Shown: positions 30,400 to 39,303 of the stretch, one piece after another
Numbering within the stretch: position 1 is the stretch's first letter
Layout of the letters: the number at the start of each line of letters is the position of its first letter
Origin: Candidatus Latescibacterota bacterium
GTDB lineage: Bacteria > Krumholzibacteriota > Krumholzibacteriia > WVZY01
Assembly (NCBI GenBank): GCA_963791045.1
Contig: CAWBQK010000006.1
Coordinates: 224,001 to 288,000, forward strand
Reading direction: 5' to 3'
DNA: 64,000 nt
Translations under genes and position numbers: made by a program
Notes under the pieces: model-generated
Databases searched by the model: none
Seen by the model: the letters and a program-made list of their open reading frames with translations, nothing else
What the model was told of the DNA's origin: nothing

Positions 30400-31572
30400 T
30401 TACCCCTGAATCAACTTCTGAAGCTCATCGAGATCAACAATTGGCGCGTCGGCGCCGGCGGTCGACTGGGTCGCTTTGACATATTCCTTCAGTGCCCGGT
30501 AGGCCTTCGCGGCCGATTCGGTTTTTGGCGCCTGGCGAATCGACTGCTCCAGGAGAAACGCCGTCTCGGATATCCAGAATGATTTCGCTATCTGCGACTC
30601 TGCGACGGCGAGAAGGTAGTACGCTTCAGCGATGGTGTCGTCGTAGGTTGACATCGCCTGGAGATACTGATGAAGCAGGGAAGCAGCTGCGACAAACTCG
30701 ACGAGACGATCCGGATACGTGTTCGGCGCACGGCGGACCACGACTTCGGCGTCTCCGACAAGCGTCCGCGCAGTGTCGAGTTCATTCCCCTTCGCCGCGA
30801 CTAAATCGAGCGAACCGAGCGATTGAATCCAAAGAGCAACCTGCTTGCGGAGGGCATCGGGCATGTCGGATCGTTTCAAGAATGTCTGCAAGGTTGCCAG
30901 AGCCCGGTCGGTGTTGTCGACAACGCCGATGCAGAGCTTGAGATATCCCTCGAAAGCGCCGATGAGGGACAAACCCTGGTCGGTCATTTTGGGGAGCTTG
31001 AAGATTTCTTCGTATGTCGCGAGCGCCCTGTCGAACTGGCGGGTGGCTATCTCGACATTGACGCGGTCGACCGGCGGAATGGCGGCGACATTGGCATCGT
31101 CAAGAAATTTCGCCCCGTTGTCGAACGCCTGATCGGACGGAATGCGGCCATGGCACGTCGCACAGTTTTCCATGAGCTTGCTCAACATGAACTGCGAACC
31201 CAAAAATTGTCTGTCCTGGTAACGCTGGAGCGCCTGCTCGGCATCCGCCGCAAGGGTGTGCCTGAGGTAATCAAATGACGGATCCAGTCCGCCGCCGTGA
31301 TTCTCGAGTGCGTCGGTATTCAACACGAGCGCCTGCAGAGCCGCGGTTATGGTCTCGCGGTTGTGGCGGTCTTCAAAATATTCCATGTCGAGGCTGTAGG
31401 TGTACGCGGACGTGAGCGCGCCGAAGATCCCGCGCATGGTGGCCTGTGTTATTTGAGAATCGTCCTTCGTGTCCTGCGAAACGGCATGCTGAGTGTTGGC
31501 CCACAGGACGCCGGCAAAGGCAAATACAGCCACAAGAATTGACAACCGACGGAGGTGCGGAGAGTTAAACAT
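30400..31572 (-). CDS. Exported helical protein with a single CxxCH motif (putative c-type cytochrome, TPR-like)
   Basis: Signal peptide, CATCH motif and an alpha-helical TPR-like C-terminal part. Confidence 0.65.
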   Translation of the reverse strand: MFNSPHLRRLSILVAVFAFAGVLWANTQHAVSQDTKDDSQITQATMRGIFGALTSAYTYSLDMEYFEDRHNRETITAALQALVLNTDALENHGGGLDPSFDYLRHTLAADAEQALQRYQDRQFLGSQFMLSKLMENCATCHGRIPSDQAFDNGAKFLDDANVAAIPPVDRVNVEIATRQFDRALATYEEIFKLPKMTDQGLSLIGAFEGYLKLCIGVVDNTDRALATLQTFLKRSDMPDALRKQVALWIQSLGSLDLVAAKGNELDTARTLVGDAEVVVRRAPNTYPDRLVEFVAAASLLHQYLQAMSTYDDTIAEAYYLLAVAESQIAKSFWISETAFLLEQSIRQAPKTESAAKAYRALKEYVKATQSTAGADAPIVDLDELQKLIQG

Positions 31573-31722
31573 TCTCTGTCCCCTTTTTAATTTTTCTATT
31601 TTCAGCTACACCAATTGGACCCGAGGATGTGGGTCCGGCATCAATGGCCTAACTATAATACATCACAAGGGATTCGTCACGTGGTGTTCGCGAGTAAGGG
31701 TAAGAAATTGACTTTTATCAAG

Positions 31723-31751
31723 TTGTGACACCGGCGATGTCCCTCTATAAT
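31723..31751 (+). promoter_or_regulatory. Candidate sigma70 promoter
   Basis: TTGTGA-17 nt-TATAAT upstream of the M48 gene. Confidence 0.45.
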
Positions 31752-31829
31752 AGAAGAACAGGGTGATGGAAGGTGCAGCGACCTTTTTCCCCAACCACCG
31801 TTTCTTTCCTCCAGCCCACGGAGGCCCAG

Positions 31830-33308
31830 ATGTCCTCGCGATCGCTCTGGCCCCGGATGATCCTGGCCGTCATTCTGCTGGTTGGTTTCTATGCCATCGC
31901 GCTTGGAATCGCGGGCGCGCTTCTGTTCGGGATTTACGCCCAGTTGCTTTACTGGGAAGGAATATCGCTTCGTTTGACCTTCGTTTTGCTCGTCGGCGCC
32001 GGCGCGATTTTGTACGCGATCTTTCCTCGCTCGGACAAGTTCGAGCCGCCCTGGCCGAGACTTACCGCCGCCGATCAACCCCGATTGTTCGACAAGCTCC
32101 TGGAGCTCGCCACCGCGACACGGCAAGAAATCCCAAAAGAAGTCTATCTCCTTCCCGATGTCAACGCATGGGTCATGGATCGCGGAGGGAGAATGGGAAT
32201 CGGTTCGCGCCGCGTGATGGGAATCGGCCTGCCGCTTCTCCAGGTGCTCAACATTTCCGAACTCGACGCGGTGCTCGCACACGAATTCGGTCACTACTAT
32301 GCGGGAGATACAAAGCTCGGTCCCTGGATCTACAAGACACGTATGACAATCGGGTTCACCCTGGAAACGCTCGAGAGAACAAACCGATTTCTCAAAGTTC
32401 CGTTTACGCTCTACGGCAAGATGTACCTTCGAACGACACAGGCGGTTTCCCGGCGGCAGGAAATTCTCGCGGACGAATTCGCCGCGCGAACGGCCGGCGC
32501 GGAGAATTTGTCCAACGCGTTAAAGAAGATTCATGGGCATGCCCAGGGGCACGTCTACTATTGGAACGAGTACGTTGCTCCCGTCCTGGGCGCCAAGTAC
32601 CGCCCGCACATTTCGGAGGGATACGCCAGGTTCATCGCGTCGACCCCAACGGCGGACATGGTGGCGAGGGTGATCCAGCAGGAACTGACCGACGGAGAGC
32701 GAAACCCGTACGGTTCCCACCCGACACTTCGTGAACGCGTCGATGCGATAGAGATGGTCCCGGTGGAGAGCGGGGACGATGATAGCCCGGCGATCACGCT
32801 CCTGGACGACATTGATGCGCTCGAAGAGCAGCTGATCCACACGACGACGACCGAAGAGGTCACACATTCGCTCGAGCCGATCGAATGGGAGAACATCGGC
32901 GCCGAGGTTTTTATCCCGACGTGGAAGCGCTGGTACGATGTCAACAAGACGGCGGTCGAGGGTTGGACGCCGAAGACTCTCCCGCAAGCCGCCGACCGGC
33001 TCGGAGAACTCGCGCGCCGCCTGAAGTCGCCTAATGGGCAGAGGATTCCGCCCGAGCACGGGCCTCCAGCCGCGGCGTATTCGCTCAGTGTCGGGTTTGC
33101 GATGGCTCTGCTTGAGAACGGGTGGGAACTGATGTCGTGTCCGGGTGAGGGTATTTACTTTTTCAAGGGCACCTTCAAGCTTGATCCCTTCTCGCTGGTA
33201 AAGGCGATCTCGGCATCGGCCACCGTCGATCCGTCGGAGTGGAACAAGCAGTGCGTCGAGATGGACATCCAGGATATCGATTTCGGCGGAAAAACGGAGA
33301 GTCCTTGA
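31830..33308 (+). CDS. M48 (HtpX-like) membrane zinc metallopeptidase
   Basis: N-terminal TMs, VNAW, LAHEFGHY, SRRQEILAD and SHPTLRER. Confidence 0.9.
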   Translation: MSSRSLWPRMILAVILLVGFYAIALGIAGALLFGIYAQLLYWEGISLRLTFVLLVGAGAILYAIFPRSDKFEPPWPRLTAADQPRLFDKLLELATATRQEIPKEVYLLPDVNAWVMDRGGRMGIGSRRVMGIGLPLLQVLNISELDAVLAHEFGHYYAGDTKLGPWIYKTRMTIGFTLETLERTNRFLKVPFTLYGKMYLRTTQAVSRRQEILADEFAARTAGAENLSNALKKIHGHAQGHVYYWNEYVAPVLGAKYRPHISEGYARFIASTPTADMVARVIQQELTDGERNPYGSHPTLRERVDAIEMVPVESGDDDSPAITLLDDIDALEEQLIHTTTTEEVTHSLEPIEWENIGAEVFIPTWKRWYDVNKTAVEGWTPKTLPQAADRLGELARRLKSPNGQRIPPEHGPPAAAYSLSVGFAMALLENGWELMSCPGEGIYFFKGTFKLDPFSLVKAISASATVDPSEWNKQCVEMDIQDIDFGGKTESP

Positions 33309-33348
33309 TCCGCCTCGCATTGGAAGTCGTCTCTCGTCAGCGACGGGC

Positions 33349-33387
33349 AAAAAAAGCAAGGGGCGCCTCTTCTGAGGCGCCACTTGT
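33349..33387 (-). terminator. Intrinsic terminator
   Basis: GCAAGGGGCGCCTC/GAGGCGCCACTTG stem with an A-tract on + (U-tract on -). Confidence 0.55.
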
Positions 33388-33466
33388 TGCGTGCTGTCCA
33401 GGCACACGTTCGGGCAGAGTAGGATGCCCCGCACGGTCCGGGCTCGTCGTTATCGTAGGAGGCGAT

Positions 33467-35875
33467 TTATTTGACGAGCACCATTTTTTGCGTGAGCAGC
33501 TGCTTGCCCGCATTCAAACGACAGAAATAAACACCCGATCCTACCGCTACGCCGAGGCCGTCGCGGCCGTCCCACGTAAACGACTTGAACCCGCCGTCCA
33601 TTTCACCATCGGCGATCTGACGGACGAGCTTGCCCTGCGCGTCGAAGACCGAGAGAGCGACGTGTCCGCGCTCGGGCAGAACGAACGAGATGGTCGTCGT
33701 CGGGTTGAAGGGGTTCGGGTAGTTCGGATTGAGAACCAGCGACATCGCGTTCACGGTGACCGAAACCGGCTGCGACATTACTTCCGACCCGTCATCGAGA
33801 ACGACGGAGAGCGTATAAAGATACTCGGCGCCGGGATCGACCGACGTGTCTTTGTATCCGGCCGCACTCAACGGAATGAGCGCCGAAGAATTGACGACGG
33901 TTCTGCCCGTGCCCGCGTCACGGTAAATTCGAATTCCGTCGACGGCGTCGTCCGAAGCAATGTCCCAGGTCAACTCGACGGCCCCGTCAGCGGCGCGGGC
34001 GTCGAACATCGTGATGAATGTTGGTGTCGGCGGCGGATAGAACTGGAGCATGGTGAAGCCCGCCTCTTCGTCCGCCACGTAAACGTGATCGGTCTCGGAC
34101 TGGATTCCCCATGCCTTTCCGCCCGTGTCGAAGAAGCCCACATAGAGCGGATTCGAAGGATCGGCGGCGTAATAGGCTTTGACGCCGTCCTCGGCCAGGG
34201 CGGCGAAAATATAGTTGCCGGTCACGGTGACGTCATACACATTGTCAGGGCCCGTGAACTCGCCGACAAAAGATTCGCCCCACGGATCGACAATCACGAG
34301 TCCTCCATATCCGTCCGCAATGGCGACATTCCCGTCGAGAAATTCCGCGTCCACAGACCATCCACTCGTGTCGTAAAACCACGTCTCGGTGGGGCTGGAT
34401 GGGGTCGATACATCAATCACACGGAGACCCGCATCGCCGTCGGCGACAAACACATAGTCCTCCGCAAACTCGACGCCACGCGCGTCGCCCGGCGTGTCGT
34501 AAAATCCAACTTCAACGGGCGCCGTAGGCGTCGATATGTCGATGACACGAAGGCCGGCCGAGCCGTCTGCGACAAACACGTAATCTCCCGATGCCGCGGC
34601 GTCGTATGCGGCGCCTGGCGTGTCGTATCTTCCGATCTCACTCGGCGTCGTTGGATCCGACGCATCGATGATCGCCAGGCCCTGATAGCGGTCCGAGACG
34701 AGTACAAAGTTTTCGCCCCACATCACCGCCTCGACATGGCCGATTGTGTCGTAAGTGCCGATCGATACGGGGTTGGCTGGGTCCTCGATGCTCAAGAACC
34801 GGATTCCGCCATTGTGCTGCGCGAGCACGGCGACTTCATCTTTGACGTCGACGTCATAGGTGAAGTCCACCGCGGGGATGCCTCCGAGCCAGGTTGGCAT
34901 TGTAGGCATCGTCAAAGTGAGCGCATAGACACCGTCTTTCCTCATCCCACAATAAAGCATGTCGGCTTCTTTGACGAGCGCGGCAGTGGCGAGTCCCGTT
35001 GTGAACTCACCGGCGTAGGTCGGGCTCGACGGCGTTGAAATGTCGACGACAATCATGCCGTCTCCCGGGGTCGCGAGATAAGCGTAATCGCCTTCGACCT
35101 GGACATCGTACGCAGTGATCGAGCCGGCGCCGTAGTTGCCCACTTCGGTTGGTTTCCCAATTGCAGGGATCTCGATGATGACGAGACCGTTACTGCCGTC
35201 TGCCACGAAAGCATGGATGCCCTGAACGTCAACGTCGTAAGCCACATTGCCGGTGTCATAGAAACCGATTTCCGTGGGAGTCGCCGGATTGGAGACATCA
35301 ATAATTCTAAGGCCGCTATAGCCATCCGCGACATAAGCAACGTCGCCCTCGACGTACACGCCGTTCGATGCGCTCGGTGTATTGTAGGAGCCCACTTCTT
35401 TGGGACTCGCGGGGTTTTTTAAATCGATAATACGAAGTCCGTCTTCGGCGTTGGCGATATAGGCATAGCCATCGTCGGAATAAACCCCGCGGGATTCCTT
35501 CGCCATGAAATATGAGCCAACGACACTTGGACTACCCGGGGCCGATACATCCACGACCACAAGTCCGTCATAAACGCATGCGACGCAGGCGTAGTCGCCC
35601 TCCACCGACACGCCCCTCACGGGTGACGAGAGGGTGATGTTGGCGAGTTCGCTCGGGGTCGACGGTTTGAAATAATTCTGGATGCTTAAACACGCGCCAT
35701 CGCCCGCAAACACAGTGGTGCCGACAGCGTCGACCGCGATACAGGGACCGTGGGCCCAGCGTCCCAATTCGCGCAAGTTCCAGTAGTCACCGGTTTCCGC
35801 CGCCGATGTGGTCGGCATGATCGTAAAAGCCGAAGCAACAATTAACAGAGAAACAATCCAGTAGCGCAGAGCCAT
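33467..35875 (-). CDS. LVIVD-repeat beta-propeller protein with a FlgD-Ig/T9SS-like tail
   Basis: Many ~41-aa repeats 'YAYVADG..GLRIIDVSNP..P.E.G.YDT', a signal peptide and the tail LNPNYPNPFNPTTTI...QKMVLVK. Confidence 0.9.
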   Translation of the reverse strand: MALRYWIVSLLIVASAFTIMPTTSAAETGDYWNLRELGRWAHGPCIAVDAVGTTVFAGDGACLSIQNYFKPSTPSELANITLSSPVRGVSVEGDYACVACVYDGLVVVDVSAPGSPSVVGSYFMAKESRGVYSDDGYAYIANAEDGLRIIDLKNPASPKEVGSYNTPSASNGVYVEGDVAYVADGYSGLRIIDVSNPATPTEIGFYDTGNVAYDVDVQGIHAFVADGSNGLVIIEIPAIGKPTEVGNYGAGSITAYDVQVEGDYAYLATPGDGMIVVDISTPSSPTYAGEFTTGLATAALVKEADMLYCGMRKDGVYALTLTMPTMPTWLGGIPAVDFTYDVDVKDEVAVLAQHNGGIRFLSIEDPANPVSIGTYDTIGHVEAVMWGENFVLVSDRYQGLAIIDASDPTTPSEIGRYDTPGAAYDAAASGDYVFVADGSAGLRVIDISTPTAPVEVGFYDTPGDARGVEFAEDYVFVADGDAGLRVIDVSTPSSPTETWFYDTSGWSVDAEFLDGNVAIADGYGGLVIVDPWGESFVGEFTGPDNVYDVTVTGNYIFAALAEDGVKAYYAADPSNPLYVGFFDTGGKAWGIQSETDHVYVADEEAGFTMLQFYPPPTPTFITMFDARAADGAVELTWDIASDDAVDGIRIYRDAGTGRTVVNSSALIPLSAAGYKDTSVDPGAEYLYTLSVVLDDGSEVMSQPVSVTVNAMSLVLNPNYPNPFNPTTTISFVLPERGHVALSVFDAQGKLVRQIADGEMDGGFKSFTWDGRDGLGVAVGSGVYFCRLNAGKQLLTQKMVLVK

Positions 35876-36240
35876 GCTGCTCCCCCCTTGGGTTGTTGAT
35901 ACACAGCGAGGTATAAAGCCGGCGCGTAGCAAGGTGTGAACTGGTACAAGTGTGGGCTCAGCCATTCCGGGTCCGACCGCCGCTTCGGTTGGACACCGCT
36001 CCGCGATATGGCACTACAGCCGACGCCGTTTTGAAAGCAGTTGATCGATTGGAGATCGGGAAGAGCCTATCATATAACAAGTTGCAAGTCAACGTGCAGT
36101 TTGCCGCTCGCCGTCCAAATAAATCAAAAAAACACGTGACAAAATATGAATAGATGGTGTTTTGTTTTGTCTATGGTTGCAGCATCCGAGGCTCGGCACC
36201 TGGGATAGAACATAATCACTTGAAAAGAAGGTGGTATCAC

Positions 36241-37257
36241 ATGCGCAGAGCTTTTGCGTTCGCGCTGGTTTTTGTGGCGGTGGCCGTGCTTGTTGCGGGC
36301 CCCGTCCTCGCCGGTTGCGGCAAAGACTGCAAGTGTTGTAGTTGCAAGGTAAAGTGTGACAAGGAAATTACGGAATTTATCTATGACGTGACTTTCCCCT
36401 GGCCATTCCGCCAGAAGGTGAAGGATATGGACGGAGACGGCGTCCCCGACAAACTCGATAAATGTCCCGGAACGCCCCTGGGCGCCAAAGTGGACGAATA
36501 CGGTTGTCCGATGGACTCCGACGGTGACGGAATTTTTGACGGATTGGATAAATGCCCCGACACACCGAAGGGCGCCAAAGTAGACAAGTTCGGTTGTTCG
36601 ACGGACAGCGACGGCGACGGTGTGTCCGATGGCATAGACAAATGCCCGGATACGCCCAAAGGTGTTATGGTCGACACGGTTGGTTGCCCGATTGACAGTG
36701 ACGGCGACGGTGTATTCGATGGTTTGGACAAATGCCCCGACACGCCCAAGGGCGCCAAAGTCGATGGCTACGGTTGCCCGATTGACACCGACGGCGACGG
36801 CGTGCCCGACGGCATCGACCGCTGTCCGAATACGCCGAGTGGAATCACCGTCGACGCGTACGGATGCACCGCGGCGGAGACCCAGTTCCTCGACACCGGG
36901 TTGTTTACGACTTCCGACGTTAAGTTCGCTTCGAGCAAGGCCGACATCAACCCCGCGTCGTACCCGGTTCTTGACCGGATCGCCGAGGCGCTCGTGCAGT
37001 GGCCGCAGTTAAGGATCGAGATTGGCGGTCATACCGATTCCTCGGGTTCGGCTGAGTTTAACCAGAAGCTGTCCGAGCAGCGGGCGCAGGCCGTTCTCGA
37101 TTATATGGCGAAGAACTCGGACATCGAGAAGGGCCAGTTCACGTCGAAGGGTTATGGCGAGGCCGCGCCGATTGTGTCGAACGATACAACGGAAGGCCGT
37201 GCGAAGAACCGGCGTGTGGAATTCAAGATTCTCAACAAAGAGGTTTTGAAGAAGTAA
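36241..37257 (+). CDS. OmpA-domain lipoprotein with five thrombospondin type 3 repeats
   Basis: LAGC lipobox, five DxDGDGVxDxxDKCP repeats and OmpA motifs GHTDSSG, LSEQRA and NRRVEF. Confidence 0.9.
   Translation: MRRAFAFALVFVAVAVLVAGPVLAGCGKDCKCCSCKVKCDKEITEFIYDVTFPWPFRQKVKDMDGDGVPDKLDKCPGTPLGAKVDEYGCPMDSDGDGIFDGLDKCPDTPKGAKVDKFGCSTDSDGDGVSDGIDKCPDTPKGVMVDTVGCPIDSDGDGVFDGLDKCPDTPKGAKVDGYGCPIDTDGDGVPDGIDRCPNTPSGITVDAYGCTAAETQFLDTGLFTTSDVKFASSKADINPASYPVLDRIAEALVQWPQLRIEIGGHTDSSGSAEFNQKLSEQRAQAVLDYMAKNSDIEKGQFTSKGYGEAAPIVSNDTTEGRAKNRRVEFKILNKEVLKK
36424..36870 (+). repeat. Five 90-nt intragenic TSP3 repeats
   Basis: GACGGCGACGG...AAATGCCC recurs with a 90-nt period. Confidence 0.85.
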
Positions 37258-37312
37258 GACCGAGTGAAGCAAGTTAACCGGTTTTTTCCATCGAGGCCCA
37301 AGCGATGGACCG

Positions 37313-37350
37313 GAAGGGGCGCCCCATAGCGGGGGGCGCCCCTTTTCTTT
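37313..37350 (+). terminator. Intrinsic terminator
   Basis: AAGGGGCGCCCC-loop-GGGGCGCCCCTT followed by TTCTTT. Confidence 0.75.
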
Positions 37351-37374
37351 GAGTATTGACGAGCCCGGGGGGGG

Positions 37375-39282
37375 CTATTTCGCCGCCATTTGTTTCTCGA
37401 GGATTTCCATCGTCTGTTTGGGGTTGATGACGAGGATCGATTTTTCCTCGGTCCCACGGCTCTCAGAGCCCTTTTTCATCAACTCGATTACATCTGCCGG
37501 CGCGAGCGACGGGTTGCGGGCGATAAGTTTTGCCGCAAGATTTGTCACGTTGGGGGCGGCCATCGACGTTCCGGACATTTTGATCCGGTTGCCGCCGGGC
37601 ACGTAACTCTCCACCTCAAAACCGTTCGAGTACAGTGCGACAGTCTTCCCGGAACTGGTAAAACTCGTCGGATCACCCGCCTGGTCGACGGCTCCGGCTA
37701 TCACCAGGTTGGGAAGCTCGAATGCCGGGGGGACAAAAAGATCGAACTCTACGTCATTGTCGGAATTGCCCGCGCCGCCGACAAACAGAATATCCGGCGC
37801 GCTGGTAATCGCGGCCAGGAGGTCGTCCCTGCCGATCTCAAATAGCTCGCGGGCCAACTCTCCTCGCTCCTCCGCCGATTCTCCGATGCCGTTGGCCTCG
37901 AGGTTGTATTCGATTTCACGCAGACCCAGCACCCAGCTCATGTTGACCACACGAACACCGTTGGCTTTGTAATAATCGATCGCGCTCTGGAACGATTTGC
38001 CAAACGCCACCATGAGTTCTTTGGTGTACGGCCTGGGAATGATGTGATGGTCGAACGCGATCCGCGCGACGAGAATCCGCGCGTACGGATTGCCCTCCAC
38101 TGCGATGCCCGCCACGTGGGTTCCGTGTGAATAATTCGCATAGAGGGTGAGATCTTCCACAAACGCGGTAACATCATCGGGCTCGAGCGTGCCCATCGCC
38201 TCGCGCACTTCCAGAGCTTCGGGGCTTTCAACCGACGCGGTGATGTCGGTGAAGCCCTTGATTCTGTCCTCGAGCAGTTGACGATCTTTTTCGCGTTCGC
38301 CGAGCGCGTAAAGCAACTCGGGCGTCGGATTTGCGTCGAGGTCGAATGCGATGCCGTTGACATCGTCGACAAAACCGTTGCCGTCGGTGTCTTTGCCGTC
38401 TTTCTTTTCCTTCGGGTTGACGAAGAGCCGGCCCTCGAACACCTCGACATCCACGCCGGCGTCCCAGATCGCCACGACGACGTTTTTATAATCATCATTC
38501 TCCGGGAGCGCGATGTCACGTGCAGCCCAGATGTCTTCTTTGACCACCTTGTGCGCGGCGATTTGCTCGCCAATCACCAACTGGATCTCGTCCCTGTAGG
38601 GAAGTATGTGGTGCATCGCCGAGCGAAACATGATGATTTGCGACGCCTGATCACCGCTCATGTGCCCCGCCGCTTCGACCGCCGGGTCGATATGACCCTG
38701 GATCACGCCGATGAGCAGGTTCTCGGTGAGGATTTGCATCTGACCGTTCATCGCTTCGAACGTGTCCCGGACGTCATCCCAGGGCATCGCAGCGATACGC
38801 GCCCTCATGTTCTCGAGCATTACCTTCTTGAACGCGTCGCTTGAGGGATCATTCTCCACTTGCAGCGCGTCGATATATGAAAGCCCAACGAGCCCCATGG
38901 CGATTTTCTGTGCTTCCTTCTCTTCGAGTTCGCGGGACATTTCGAGATATTTTACAGAGTTCTCGTAATCACACTCGAGGAAGTAGAGGATTTGAAGTGT
39001 GTCATAGTATCGCTGGAGCGCCGTAGTATCCTCGATGTCGCACGTCTCCAGGTCGACGAGCGCGTTGTGTTTAACCTGTTCGGCGAGTTGTTTGAACTCC
39101 TCTTCAGATGTGACAATCTCCGATGGCTTCGCCGTTACCTCATAGGTGTGACGGGGAAGATCGTCAATCGTTGCCACCTTGGTTTTTTCCCCCGCGGTTG
39201 CCGTCGACAACGGCACAAAAACCAAACAGAACACAACGAAAAGGAAGAAACACGGAACGATCGGTCGGCGGTAGGATAGCAT
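37375..39282 (-). CDS. Secreted S8 (subtilisin-like) serine peptidase
   Basis: AIWDAGVD, HGTHVAGI, AGNS and SGTSMAAP; signal peptide. Confidence 0.92.
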   Translation of the reverse strand: MLSYRRPIVPCFFLFVVFCLVFVPLSTATAGEKTKVATIDDLPRHTYEVTAKPSEIVTSEEEFKQLAEQVKHNALVDLETCDIEDTTALQRYYDTLQILYFLECDYENSVKYLEMSRELEEKEAQKIAMGLVGLSYIDALQVENDPSSDAFKKVMLENMRARIAAMPWDDVRDTFEAMNGQMQILTENLLIGVIQGHIDPAVEAAGHMSGDQASQIIMFRSAMHHILPYRDEIQLVIGEQIAAHKVVKEDIWAARDIALPENDDYKNVVVAIWDAGVDVEVFEGRLFVNPKEKKDGKDTDGNGFVDDVNGIAFDLDANPTPELLYALGEREKDRQLLEDRIKGFTDITASVESPEALEVREAMGTLEPDDVTAFVEDLTLYANYSHGTHVAGIAVEGNPYARILVARIAFDHHIIPRPYTKELMVAFGKSFQSAIDYYKANGVRVVNMSWVLGLREIEYNLEANGIGESAEERGELARELFEIGRDDLLAAITSAPDILFVGGAGNSDNDVEFDLFVPPAFELPNLVIAGAVDQAGDPTSFTSSGKTVALYSNGFEVESYVPGGNRIKMSGTSMAAPNVTNLAAKLIARNPSLAPADVIELMKKGSESRGTEEKSILVINPKQTMEILEKQMAAK

Positions 39283-39303
39283 TGTGGTCCTCCGGGCTGT
39301 GAG

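Noticed and set aside
33239-35038. 599-aa plus-strand ORF
   Set aside because: It is the antisense shadow of the LVIVD-repeat gene; Arg-rich, with no motifs or RBS, and explained by codon bias.
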